Assembly: GCA_012727625.1 (NCBI GenBank) | Contig: JAAYGP010000274.1 | Location: 1-49,590, forward strand | DNA from: Clostridiaceae bacterium | GTDB taxonomy: Bacteria > Bacillota > Clostridia > DSM-8532 | Length of the DNA: 49,590 nt | Direction: 5' to 3' | Shown: piece after piece, positions 28,129 through 36,861 of the stretch | Layout of the letters: each line of letters opens with the position of its first letter | Numbering within the stretch: position 1 is the stretch's first letter | The notes under the pieces: model-generated | What the model saw: the letters and a program-made list of their open reading frames with translations, nothing else | Told to the model about the DNA's origin: nothing | Databases searched by the model: none | Program-made: the position numbers and the translations under genes

Positions 28129-30030
28129 ATGCTTGTTTCCGACAAAGACATTTTTACCTTTATAAAGCCATCCCTTGATGCCCATACCATGGGTGTTAAT
28201 ACTGCCGCGGAGCTTTTGCGGGACTGCGGTTACAGGGTGGTCAGGGCTGACAGCGATATAGCACAGGCCATGAATAATTTCAGGTATGAGATATGCAGAA
28301 AAACCGTTTTGGATTGGCTGCGCTCCGAAGGCATAAACAGGATCGGCTTAAGTTACAGGCTGGACCGGGATGAAGCTGTCAACATGGTCGGGTATTTTAT
28401 TAACGAGCTTAAGAATAACGGGATGATGCATTACCAGGGCGGTCCGATTAAGGCGGTGTATTTCGGAGGGCTTCCCGAAACCTGTAAGCTTATTGAAAAA
28501 GAACACAAGGGGCTGGTTATAACTTTCAAAGGCGGGGAAACTGCCCGTGAAACACTTCAGAAAATGGGTGTTCCCAAAGAGAGAATATCAAAGGATATTA
28601 CTGAGGGAAGCCTGTATGATGATATGCGCATGGAGTTTGGTAAAAGCATAATTGACTCACAGGATTATGAAAGCTTTATGCCCATTGACAGGTCAGGATA
28701 TAAGGAATTTGGAACAAAGAATGACACTATTGAAAAAAGAATCGAAAACAATCTACAAAGCCCCTTTGCTCCTTTAATCAGAGCCCATGTAGGGCCATAT
28801 TCGTCAACTGTCGACAGGCTTGATTCAGTAAAGGAATTTATATCATGGGCAAAGCACCTGGCCAAGACCGGATATCTTGATATATTATCAATAGGAAGCT
28901 CCCAGCTGACACAGTCAAACTTCGGCGAGGATTGGGAGGATATGCCCAATGGCGGCGGCGTTCCCATAAACTCATCGGAGGAATACAGAAGTGTCTGGTC
29001 ATCTTGCAGGCCACTTCTTGTCAGAACCTATGCCGGAACCAAGAACATACCGATGCTTGCCGAAATTCATGAAAGAACTTTGAATATATGCTGGCACGCG
29101 TTGTCCCTGTGGTGGTTCAACAGGCTTGACGGCAGGGGCCCTTATGATTTGTACACAAATTTAAAACAGCATGTTGAAACACTGAAATATATTGCCACCA
29201 CCGGAAAACCCTTTGAGCCCAATGTTTCACATCATTTTGCGTTCAGGGGAGCGGATGATGTAACATATATTGTTTCTGCATATCTGGCCGCAAAACTGGC
29301 TAAAAAAATGGGAATCAAAACCCTCATACTTCAAAACATGCTTAACACGCCCAGGTCCACATGGGGAATCAATGATCTTGCAAAATCAAGGGCAATGATG
29401 TCTTTAATAAAAGAGCTTGAAGATGCGGGATTTAAGGTTTATCTCCAGCCAAGAGCAGGTCTTGACTACTTTAAGCCCGATCTTAATGAAGCTAAAATAC
29501 AACTGGCGGCTGTAACGGCTTTAATGGATGACATTGACCCCCACAATGAGATGAGCCCGCCGATTATTCATGTGGTAAGCTATTCTGAGGCTGTGCATCT
29601 TGCCACCCCGGATATTATAAACGAAAGTATTAAAATCACCCAATACTCACTTCAAAAATACAGAGAGCTCAGAAAAATCGGAAAAACAGAGGACATGAGC
29701 AAAAACGCGGATGTAAAAAGCCGCATGCATGAGCTTATAGATTCCGCAAGAACAATCATTTCAGGCATTGAAAGACACATCAGCAATCCCTATTCAGCCG
29801 AGGGATTATATAAAATCTTTGTCTCGGGTTTTCTGCCGGTACCATATCTATGGTCGCAGGAGGAAGAATTTAAGTATGCCAAAGCCTTGAAAACCAGAAC
29901 ATACAAAGGCGGCGTAATAATCGCCGGCGAAGACGGAAAGCCTTTAAAACCCCATCAAGTCATAGACTTTGCAGCAAGAAATATAAAGGAAGCGGAGTAT
30001 TACCTTAAGCAGAAGCAAGCAGGCAAATAG
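28129..30030 (+). CDS. Cobalamin-binding-domain protein: N-terminal B12 Rossmann domain (DxHxxG) fused to a ~490-aa uncharacterised, possibly mutase-E-like domain
   Basis: SLDAHTMGVNTAAELLRDCGYRVV (DxHxxG), later IGLSYRL and VYFGGLP (B12-binding fold landmarks). There is no CxxxCxxC, so it is not a B12-radical SAM enzyme. Strong AAGGAG RBS. Confidence 0.7.
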   Translation: MLVSDKDIFTFIKPSLDAHTMGVNTAAELLRDCGYRVVRADSDIAQAMNNFRYEICRKTVLDWLRSEGINRIGLSYRLDRDEAVNMVGYFINELKNNGMMHYQGGPIKAVYFGGLPETCKLIEKEHKGLVITFKGGETARETLQKMGVPKERISKDITEGSLYDDMRMEFGKSIIDSQDYESFMPIDRSGYKEFGTKNDTIEKRIENNLQSPFAPLIRAHVGPYSSTVDRLDSVKEFISWAKHLAKTGYLDILSIGSSQLTQSNFGEDWEDMPNGGGVPINSSEEYRSVWSSCRPLLVRTYAGTKNIPMLAEIHERTLNICWHALSLWWFNRLDGRGPYDLYTNLKQHVETLKYIATTGKPFEPNVSHHFAFRGADDVTYIVSAYLAAKLAKKMGIKTLILQNMLNTPRSTWGINDLAKSRAMMSLIKELEDAGFKVYLQPRAGLDYFKPDLNEAKIQLAAVTALMDDIDPHNEMSPPIIHVVSYSEAVHLATPDIINESIKITQYSLQKYRELRKIGKTEDMSKNADVKSRMHELIDSARTIISGIERHISNPYSAEGLYKIFVSGFLPVPYLWSQEEEFKYAKALKTRTYKGGVIIAGEDGKPLKPHQVIDFAARNIKEAEYYLKQKQAGK

Positions 30031-30161
30031 AATCTTCCGGCTATAAGAAAGGGCATATCCATTTTCTGTAGACATAACACATCCATTTTCCTTTAAATAC
30101 AATCAAAACCGCTTTAAAATACATCGGTATAACAGGTGCTGCATATAGAAAACCAGTGTAT

Positions 30162-31496
30162 TCACCTGTGCAATGTGTATTTTTTATTTTTACCCCGACC
30201 TTTTACATCAACCATTCCCATTTCAATCAGTTTTCGGATGATGAGATAAGAGCGTGTCCTTTTAAGTCCTAAAAGCTCCATAAGTCCATCCTCCGTGAGT
30301 GAATCATGTTTTTCAAGGTAATTAACAACAGCTTCCATTTGCTTTGTCAGCTTGGCAGGGAGATGGGGCTTATCAGCCTTTAATGGCGCAAAATATTCTG
30401 AAGATTCTTCTTTTGCAAACCTGTTCATATTGGGCAAAACAATTTTGAAAGTGTTATCTGTGACAATAATATCCGGCTTTTTTGGACTATCACGGTAAAG
30501 CTCAAAGATTCTACGTATGCCTGTGCCATATGCTTCGATGTGTTTAAGTCGAAAGAATATTGAGGCTAGTTTTTCATTTCTGGGCAATGAAATTCCTGAC
30601 ATAATATCAGTTTTTGTCAATCCTGAGGGGAGACCGCCAAGTGAGATAAACTCCATCATTTCTGAGTTAATATTTATTATTATGCTGCCGCTATAACCAT
30701 AATCCCTGTGTATTATGGCATTCAGCAAAGCTTCGCGAATTGCTTCCGGAGGATAGTCAATGCTGTCAGTTCTGTCGAGGCCATGTATAACTGAGACCGT
30801 ATGATTATTTAGCATTAAATAATCATATACATCCCGAAGCTGTTTAAAAAGCGAACCGGTAAATTCTTTACGATCTGTAAAAACTGTATTTGCAGAATCG
30901 GCAAATACGGCTGCTTTAATAGAATGTAAACATTGATCGGACAGAAGTAATGCGAGATTTTTATATAATTTTTTATATGAGTCATAGAACCCTAAGGAAA
31001 CAAAATTGTCCTCTGAAAAAGAAACCCCTCTATTGAAAAATTCAATTTTTGCAGACTCAAAAGTGAGATTTTGTATAAGACTTCTGGAGCTTTCAAATGA
31101 ACTGTCATCTGAAAGCTTTATGAATTGCCTTATTTGTTCCCATGTAGCAGGAACTGAAGATGCCCCCTGGCGTACAAAAACACCCGATGGTTTCATACCA
31201 TTACTTTTCAGGAAGTAAGGTTTTGAGGTTCCTTCATAAACAATAACATCAATAGTATTATTATCATTAAGTTTATATTGTACAAACATTGTGATATCGG
31301 GCAGGATTGAGTCTCTGATTATATTGGTAATACGTGTATAGGAGTCGTCTATATCAGAAAGCCCTACAACATTGCCGTTATCATCAACTCCAATTCTAAT
31401 CATGCCGCCATTTGTGTTGGCGAATGCAACAACTTCTTTGTTGATGTTGCTGGTTACATTTTCTTTGAATTCTACATGCTCATTTTCATAATTCAT
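30162..31496 (-). CDS. AlbA_2 (Schlafen-like) / HATPase_c_4 / C-terminal wHTH putative transcriptional regulator (COG2865-type)
   Basis: NEHVEFKENV....KEVVAFANTNGGMIRIGVDDNGNVVG is the AlbA_2 signature. The C-terminus SLTEDGLMELLGLKRTRSYLIIRKLIEMGMV is a wHTH. GGAGG lies 8 nt upstream of the ATG at 31496; the track start at 31538 lacks an RBS. Confidence 0.8.
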   Translation of the reverse strand: MNYENEHVEFKENVTSNINKEVVAFANTNGGMIRIGVDDNGNVVGLSDIDDSYTRITNIIRDSILPDITMFVQYKLNDNNTIDVIVYEGTSKPYFLKSNGMKPSGVFVRQGASSVPATWEQIRQFIKLSDDSSFESSRSLIQNLTFESAKIEFFNRGVSFSEDNFVSLGFYDSYKKLYKNLALLLSDQCLHSIKAAVFADSANTVFTDRKEFTGSLFKQLRDVYDYLMLNNHTVSVIHGLDRTDSIDYPPEAIREALLNAIIHRDYGYSGSIIININSEMMEFISLGGLPSGLTKTDIMSGISLPRNEKLASIFFRLKHIEAYGTGIRRIFELYRDSPKKPDIIVTDNTFKIVLPNMNRFAKEESSEYFAPLKADKPHLPAKLTKQMEAVVNYLEKHDSLTEDGLMELLGLKRTRSYLIIRKLIEMGMVDVKGRGKNKKYTLHR

Positions 31497-31558
31497 ACAA
31501 TGAACCTCCGTAATAACAAATAATGCGAATTCAAACATAAATCATTCATTCTTTGTCA

Positions 31559-31587
31559 ATTATATAGTGAATATTCACTCATGTCAA
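31559..31587 (-). promoter_or_regulatory. Consensus sigma-A promoter of the AlbA_2 regulator gene (TTGACA-17-TATAAT on the minus strand)
   Basis: The minus strand reads TTGACA tgagtgaatattcacta TATAAT. On the plus strand, tgtcaa is at 31582-31587 and attata at 31559-31564. Confidence 0.65.
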
Positions 31588-31627
31588 CCGAATATTCACT
31601 AAATTAGAGAACAATGTGAATATTCAC
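31567..31627. promoter_or_regulatory. Three copies of the palindrome GTGAATATTCAC (candidate operator array)
   Basis: Exact copy at 31567-31578 (inside the promoter spacer), cCGAATATTCAC at 31588-31599 (abutting -35), and an exact copy at 31616-31627. Confidence 0.55.
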
Positions 31628-31707
31628 TTTTAGCTAAATTTTGCTAAAGATAATCAGATGCGTAGGATTGTTGGATTTATTTCTTTTCAGGCAGTGTAAA
31701 ATTAATT

Positions 31708-31780
31708 CTTATCGTTGCAAATCGGTATGCAACGATAAGGAGAAAATCGTTTTAAAATGCAACGATAAATGCAACGATAA
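31708..31780. repeat. Cluster 2 of the ATGCAACGATAA motif (three exact copies, including a tandem pair and a 12-bp perfect inverted repeat)
   Basis: CTTATCGTTGCA (31708-31719), 8-nt spacer, TGCAACGATAAG (31728-31739). Exact 12-mers at 31727-31738, 31757-31768 and 31769-31780. Confidence 0.65.
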
Positions 31781-31945
31781 AACGAGCGTTGCTAAAGAGA
31801 ATAATTGAAAACTGTAAATAAGACCAAATTTTAATACATGGATCACGAAAAGACAAGTATAAAATTTTAGATTATGCACGAAAAGACACTAATGAAATGC
31901 ATGGAACGGATTGAACACCCGAACATTTCCGGGAAAGACGGGAAA

Positions 31946-31980
31946 AGCTGAATAAAAGCCATAGTGGCCATTATTCAGCT
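31946..31980 (-). terminator. Orphan hairpin terminator (10-bp perfect stem) downstream of the kinase remnant
   Basis: AGCTGAATAA (31946-31955) pairs with TTATTCAGCT (31971-31980). On the minus strand it is followed by TTTTCC. Confidence 0.4.
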
Positions 31981-32055
31981 TAAAACAATAGAAGAAATTT
32001 TCTTAATCATAGCAAACATCTACCGGAACACCGGTATCTGCAGATTCGAGTATTG

Positions 32056-32511
32056 CTAAAATTGCAATAGCGGTATTTCTTGCGTCTTCCAGTGATACGC
32101 GATGGGTTTCTCCCCAGGTGCCGGCACCACAGGGGAGAAAGCATACGTACCCGGCAATTCTTTGATTTTATGTGACAGGATTATTCCCTGCGAATTTGTA
32201 AGGAATACAGATTCATCATAACCAATACCTATTTCCAGAATATCACATATATCAGCTTCCAGTATATCTGTATATAGTATTCCTGAGAACCTGTCATAGC
32301 TGTCTATGTTTCTAAGCAAAGAAATACATGATATAGTCAGGGCCTTTTCGTGTGTTATATCGTTTTCCCGTAATTAGGTTTCCAGCCAAACAACATTTCT
32401 GCCATCGTTAAAGTTTTTGTAAAACTTTTCAATATCCTGCGTGTCTGCTTCCATAGAACGGTTAAGATAAGGATATAATGTACAAAATTTTCCATTTGAC
32501 ATCTAATGTAA
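32056..32511 (-). pseudogene. Remnant of a YesM-like sensor histidine kinase (extracellular sensor part only, with an in-frame stop)
   Basis: The minus-strand frame reads MSNGKFCTLYPYLNRSMEADTQDIEKFYKNFNDGRNVVWLET*LRENDITHEKALTISCISLLRNIDSYDRFSGILYTDILEADICDILEIG..VFLTNSQGIILSH. This resembles the periplasmic/Cache portion of YesM-type kinases. No TM, HAMP or kinase core follows. Confidence 0.45.
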
Positions 32512-32673
32512 TTCAACTGAAAAACAATGTTTCTTTATTTTTCTACTTTAATATGTTACAATAACAATGCATTGGAAAACAAACGCACTTTTCTTGCGGA
32601 GAAAAATTTTGGGGAATGTATTAAGGCATTTTCCAAAATTTTAGTGCGTTTATGCGGAAAGAGGGAACAGCTT

Positions 32674-34515
32674 GTGAAGCAGAAACTTAAAGCCGGTTTA
32701 TTCATTTTATCTGATATTATATTGCTTACTGTATCATTTTATTCTTCATACTTTATACGGTTTGAATTCAGCAACGAAAACATCCCGTCAAACTTTGCCG
32801 AACATATTTTGTTGCTTCTTTTGGTGTCTGTTGCAATTAAAATAGCCGTGTTTATTCCGTTTAAGCTTTACAGGAGCCTTTGGAAATATGCAGGGGTGTA
32901 TGAGCTGGTCAGCATTTTTCTTGCGTCGGCCATTACAAACGGAGTTTTGTTTTTATACATTTCATTCGTTGAAAGGCTTGCGCCCCGGAGCATTTTTGTT
33001 ATTACCGGGATGATTGACGTGTTTTTAATCGGCGGGTCCCGCTTTGTATACCGCCTATACCGCAGGCTTGTTATGGGCCGCGTCATCAGATTGGATAATT
33101 TAAAAAGAGTTCTTATATTCGGGGCCGGTGATGCCGGGGCAATGATAGCAAAGGAAATGGAGCTCCACCCCGAATTGAACTACAAGCTTGTGGCTTTCCT
33201 GGATGACAGCCCTGAAAAAAAGGGAAGGAAAGTGAACGGAATACCCATATTGGGAGGCCTTGAGGATGTCGGCGATATTGTTGACAAGAAAAGCATTGAC
33301 GAGATTATTATTGCCATACCCTCCGCTAAGCCTGCCGTTATTAACAATATTTACGAACAATGCTTAAAAACCTCATGCAGGGTGAAAATTCTTCCTTCCA
33401 TGTCCCAGCTTATCAATGGATCAATAATGCTGAAAAAGATCAAGGATGTGGAAATCGAGGATTTGCTGGGACGCGAGCCGATCGTGGAGGATCTTGAGAG
33501 TGTGGCCGGATATCTTGGCGGAAAGGTTGTACTGGTAACGGGAGGCGGAGGTTCCATTGGCTCCGAGCTATGCCGCCAGATTGCATCCTACAGCCCGGCC
33601 AGGCTTTTAATGCTTGATAACTATGAAAACAACCTGTATGACATTTTAAACGAGCTTACATCGAGGTATCCAAACCTTGAGCTTGTGCCGATTATAGCCA
33701 ATGTCAGGGAAAAGGAAAGGATATCCGAAATATTCAGCGAGTACAAGCCCAATATAGTATTCCACGCCGCTGCCCACAAGCATGTGCCCCTCATGGAGAG
33801 CCATCCGGAGGAAGCCGTTAAGAACAATGTATTCGGCACATGGAATGTGGCGCATTGTGCGGATAAATACAATGCCGAGCGTTTTGTTTTGATCTCAACT
33901 GACAAGGCTGTAAATCCGACAAATGTCATGGGTGCAACAAAGTGCATTGCGGAAATGATAATCCAGGCACTGGATGCAAAAAGCAAGACGGAATTTGTTG
34001 CGGTCCGCTTTGGAAATGTACTTGGCAGCAACGGCAGTGTAATTCCTCTTTTTAAAAAGCAGATCGAGCAGGGCGGCCCTGTTACTGTCACCCATCCCGA
34101 CATTACAAGGTTTTTCATGACCATACCGGAGGCAGTTCAGCTTGTCATTCAGGCCGGTGCCATGGCTGAAGGCGGCGAGGTATTTGTTCTTGATATGGGC
34201 CAGCCGGTCAGGATTCTGGATTTGGCGGAGAAATTAATACGCCTTTCGGGCTTTGAGCCATATGAAGACATTGACATAGAAATAACAGGGCTAAGGCCCG
34301 GAGAAAAGCTTTATGAAGAGCTTTTAACCATTGAAGAGGGGCTTAAGGCCACAAGGCATAATAAAATATTTGTGGCAAAACCTTTGCACATCGATTATGA
34401 GCTTTTAAAAAGGGAGCTTGAGATATTGCACCAGATGGTATACAAGACATGTGACAGCAAGGAAATAAAGGAATATGTGAAGGTCCTGGTGCCAACGTAT
34501 AAGATGGCGCAATAG
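32674..34515 (+). CDS. Membrane-anchored CapD/PglF/WbpM-type UDP-GlcNAc 4,6-dehydratase (polysaccharide biosynthesis protein)
   Basis: Four N-terminal TM helices, IFGAGDAG, VLVTGGGGSIGSEL, HAAAHKHVP, STDKAVNP.NVMGATK. GAGGGA RBS 7 nt upstream of the GTG at 32674; the track start at 32527 adds an implausible 49 aa. Confidence 0.9.
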   Translation: MKQKLKAGLFILSDIILLTVSFYSSYFIRFEFSNENIPSNFAEHILLLLLVSVAIKIAVFIPFKLYRSLWKYAGVYELVSIFLASAITNGVLFLYISFVERLAPRSIFVITGMIDVFLIGGSRFVYRLYRRLVMGRVIRLDNLKRVLIFGAGDAGAMIAKEMELHPELNYKLVAFLDDSPEKKGRKVNGIPILGGLEDVGDIVDKKSIDEIIIAIPSAKPAVINNIYEQCLKTSCRVKILPSMSQLINGSIMLKKIKDVEIEDLLGREPIVEDLESVAGYLGGKVVLVTGGGGSIGSELCRQIASYSPARLLMLDNYENNLYDILNELTSRYPNLELVPIIANVREKERISEIFSEYKPNIVFHAAAHKHVPLMESHPEEAVKNNVFGTWNVAHCADKYNAERFVLISTDKAVNPTNVMGATKCIAEMIIQALDAKSKTEFVAVRFGNVLGSNGSVIPLFKKQIEQGGPVTVTHPDITRFFMTIPEAVQLVIQAGAMAEGGEVFVLDMGQPVRILDLAEKLIRLSGFEPYEDIDIEITGLRPGEKLYEELLTIEEGLKATRHNKIFVAKPLHIDYELLKRELEILHQMVYKTCDSKEIKEYVKVLVPTYKMAQ

Positions 34516-34550
34516 CTTGTACAATTCAAGCCGGACAATCAAAATTAAAA

Positions 34551-34580
34551 CTTTCCCTGTTTTCGGTGGAAGGTTTTTTT
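34551..34580 (+). terminator. Rho-independent terminator after capD
   Basis: CTTTCC (34551-34556) pairs with GGAAGG (34568-34573, one G.U pair), followed by TTTTTTT (34574-34580). Confidence 0.5.
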
Positions 34581-34765
34581 GAATTGCTTTCAGCCATCGC
34601 ACATTGTCTTTGGCATTAATTTTGCCTTGAAATCAGATATTGCTTTTAATATTTTATGAAATATTGTATAATCATTACAAGAAACAAAGCGAAGAATACA
34701 TAAGCGATCTTTTAGAATACGGCTTTGTTTTATTTTAATCCAGTCAGGGAAAGAGAGGTAAAATT

Positions 34766-35164
34766 ATGCTAAAAGAATTTAAAAAGTTCGCGCTCAGAGG
34801 AAATGTACTGGATTTGGCCGTTGGTGTGATTATTGGAGGCGCTTTCGGGAAGATTGTAACCTCGCTTGTCAATGACATTATTATGCCGGTTTTGGGTATC
34901 TTATTAGGCAGGATAAATCTGCAGCACTTAAAACTGGTAATACGCCCTGCGGAGGGTGATACCGCGGAATTGTCCGTTTTATACGGCGCTTTTATTCAAA
35001 ATGTGATCGATTTTCTGATAATTGCTTTTTCTATCTTCTTGGTGATTAGGCTTATTAATTCGTTTAAGAAAAAAGAAGAGGAAAAACCTCCGGAACCGCC
35101 AAAGCCTACAAGAGAAGAGGAGCTGCTTACGGAGATACGTGATTTATTAAAAAATAACCAATAG
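34766..35164 (+). CDS. mscL: Large-conductance mechanosensitive channel
   Basis: [44 protein letters not shown]; 132 aa. Confidence 0.95.
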   Translation: MLKEFKKFALRGNVLDLAVGVIIGGAFGKIVTSLVNDIIMPVLGILLGRINLQHLKLVIRPAEGDTAELSVLYGAFIQNVIDFLIIAFSIFLVIRLINSFKKKEEEKPPEPPKPTREEELLTEIRDLLKNNQ

Positions 35165-35176
35165 GATTTAAGAATT

Positions 35177-35704
35177 ATGATTTATAAGGGATCTGCATGG
35201 TACGCATTATTTGTTAAGACCGGAGAGGAAAACCTGGTAAAGGAACGGCTGGATTACCGCTTCGGCGGTGATCCGGTCATTATGATTCCTAAAAAAATAA
35301 TAAAGGAAAGAAAAAACGGCAAGTGGTACCAAAGAGTTAGAAATCTTTTTCCCGGTTACATCTTTTTGCATGGAACTTTAACCAATGAAAACTACAGAAA
35401 TTTGTGGCAGGTTCCAGGGCTTTACAAGCTTCTTTGTACGGACAGAGAGCCTGTGCGCATTCCTGACTCTGAGATCGAAGTGTTCAGCCATCTTTTCGAC
35501 AGAGAGGATATTATTCAGGAGTCGGATATTTTAATGGAAGGCGAAGAGGTGACCATCGTAAGCGGCCCATTGACTGCATTACAGGGAAAGATTCTGAAAG
35601 TGGACAAAAGAAAAGGCCGTGCCCGGGTGATGATCAATTTCCTTGGTGAGGAAAGGATAATTGACCTTGGGGTTAACATTATACAGGCCGCAAATAATCA
35701 GTAG
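35177..35704 (+). CDS. NusG paralogue (LoaP/RfaH-like specialised transcription antiterminator): NGN plus KOW domains
   Basis: WYALFVKTGEENLVKERL (NGN), FPGYIFL, and the KOW segment GEEVTIVSGPLTALQGKILKVDKRKGRARV. At 175 aa it sits apart from the housekeeping secE-nusG context. Confidence 0.8.
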   Translation: MIYKGSAWYALFVKTGEENLVKERLDYRFGGDPVIMIPKKIIKERKNGKWYQRVRNLFPGYIFLHGTLTNENYRNLWQVPGLYKLLCTDREPVRIPDSEIEVFSHLFDREDIIQESDILMEGEEVTIVSGPLTALQGKILKVDKRKGRARVMINFLGEERIIDLGVNIIQAANNQ

Positions 35705-35880
35705 TGTTAAGACCATCATAAGTATTGTGCAAAAAAGGGAAACTTTTGTGGAATGCAGTCTTGACATGTGCATCAGGAGCGGGAATAAACAAGCCGGCTG
35801 TTTGAATAAAATTGCAGCAAGCAATATTATTTAATATGTATTTTGCAAGCTTAGGCTTTAAAACAGGAAAGGCGGAGGCT

Positions 35881-36858
35881 ATGGATCTTATTGCGTTAAA
35901 AGCCCTTACAGACAAGCTGTTAGGCAATATTGAAAAGGTTATTGTGGGAAAAGAGGATGTTATAAGGCAGCTTCTTATCAGTCTTATTTGCGGAGGACAT
36001 GTGCTTCTGGAGGATGTTCCGGGAACAGGAAAAACACTTCTTGCAAAAACCCTCAGCAAATCATTAAGTCTTAAATTCTCCAGAATACAGTTCACTCCGG
36101 ATTTACTTCCTACTGATATAACCGGCATTCATTATTATAATCAAAAACAGGAGGAGTTTATTTTCAGAAAGGGCCCTGTTTTCACGAACATACTTCTGGC
36201 CGACGAAATAAACCGGGCAACGCCAAGAACCCAATCAAGCCTTCTGGAATGTATGGAGGAAAGACAGGTCTCCATTGACGGCGAGACTCAATTGCTGGAT
36301 GCTCCGTTTATGGTAATAGCCACCCAGAACCCAATTGAAACCCTTGGTACTTTTCCTCTGCCCGAAGCCCAGCTTGACCGCTTTCTCATGAAGATTTACA
36401 TGGGATACCCTGATACGGATGAAGGGGTTGAAATCCTGAAGCGTTTTCAGTATGAAAGTCCCCTGCCCTCTCTTGAGCCTGTGGCAGGCAAGGAGGACTT
36501 GCAGGGAGTTGAGGACATATTTAAAAATACCTTTGTCAGCGAGGATATGTATTCTTACATTGTTAAAATTGTTGAAGCCACACGTAACCATCCTGATGTT
36601 ATTCTTGGAGTAAGCCCCCGGGGAAGCCAGGCTCTTTTGCGCACAAGCCAGGCGCTGGCGGCCATTAACGGCAGAGATTATGTACTTCCGGACGATGTAA
36701 AGGCTATGGTTAAGCCGGTTATGGCACACCGCATGGTAACACGTCATGTGGGCAGCGACAGCGGAAAGCCGGCGGCATGGGGCATATTGGATCAGATTTT
36801 AAAAAGGGTTCCGGTTCCAACGGAGGAAAGACTCATAAGCCAGACTGGAGGACGTTAG
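35881..36858 (+). CDS. MoxR-family AAA+ ATPase
   Basis: VIVGKEDVIRQLLISLICGGHVLLEDVPGTGKT (Walker A), ILLADEINRA (Walker B), ATQNP.E..G...LPEAQLDRF. Confidence 0.9.
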   Translation: MDLIALKALTDKLLGNIEKVIVGKEDVIRQLLISLICGGHVLLEDVPGTGKTLLAKTLSKSLSLKFSRIQFTPDLLPTDITGIHYYNQKQEEFIFRKGPVFTNILLADEINRATPRTQSSLLECMEERQVSIDGETQLLDAPFMVIATQNPIETLGTFPLPEAQLDRFLMKIYMGYPDTDEGVEILKRFQYESPLPSLEPVAGKEDLQGVEDIFKNTFVSEDMYSYIVKIVEATRNHPDVILGVSPRGSQALLRTSQALAAINGRDYVLPDDVKAMVKPVMAHRMVTRHVGSDSGKPAAWGILDQILKRVPVPTEERLISQTGGR

Positions 36859-36861
36859 CTT

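Noticed and set aside
31727-31780. Reading ATGCAACGATAA as a CcpA cre site or a DnaA box
   Set aside because: It does not fit the cre consensus TGWAANCGNTNWCA (the spacing is one base short and there is no palindromic second half). It does not fit TTATCCACA either.
27904-31859. 11-bp direct repeat AAAAGACAAGT (27904-27914 and 31849-31859) as a target-site duplication of an inserted cassette
   Set aside because: A single A-rich 11-mer match in a 50-kb AT-rich window is not convincing by itself. No integrase, transposase or terminal inverted repeats are present. It is kept only as a weak supporting note for the scar hypothesis.
32527-32673. 49-aa N-terminal extension of CapD from the track start
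   Set aside because: There is no RBS, and the composition is odd (MFLYFSTLICYNNN...). The GTG at 32674 has a GAGGGA RBS and gives the usual CapD N-terminus (KQKLKAGLFILSDIILL).
33621-34124. 167-aa minus-strand ORF, plus the smaller ORFs at 33646-33855 and 33895-34095
   Set aside because: They are antisense to the strongly motif-supported CapD dehydratase. They are typical GC-rich shadow frames.
35679-36747. 149-aa and 170-aa minus-strand ORFs (35679-36128, 36235-36747)
   Set aside because: They are antisense to the MoxR ATPase gene, with no recognisable motifs or translation signals.
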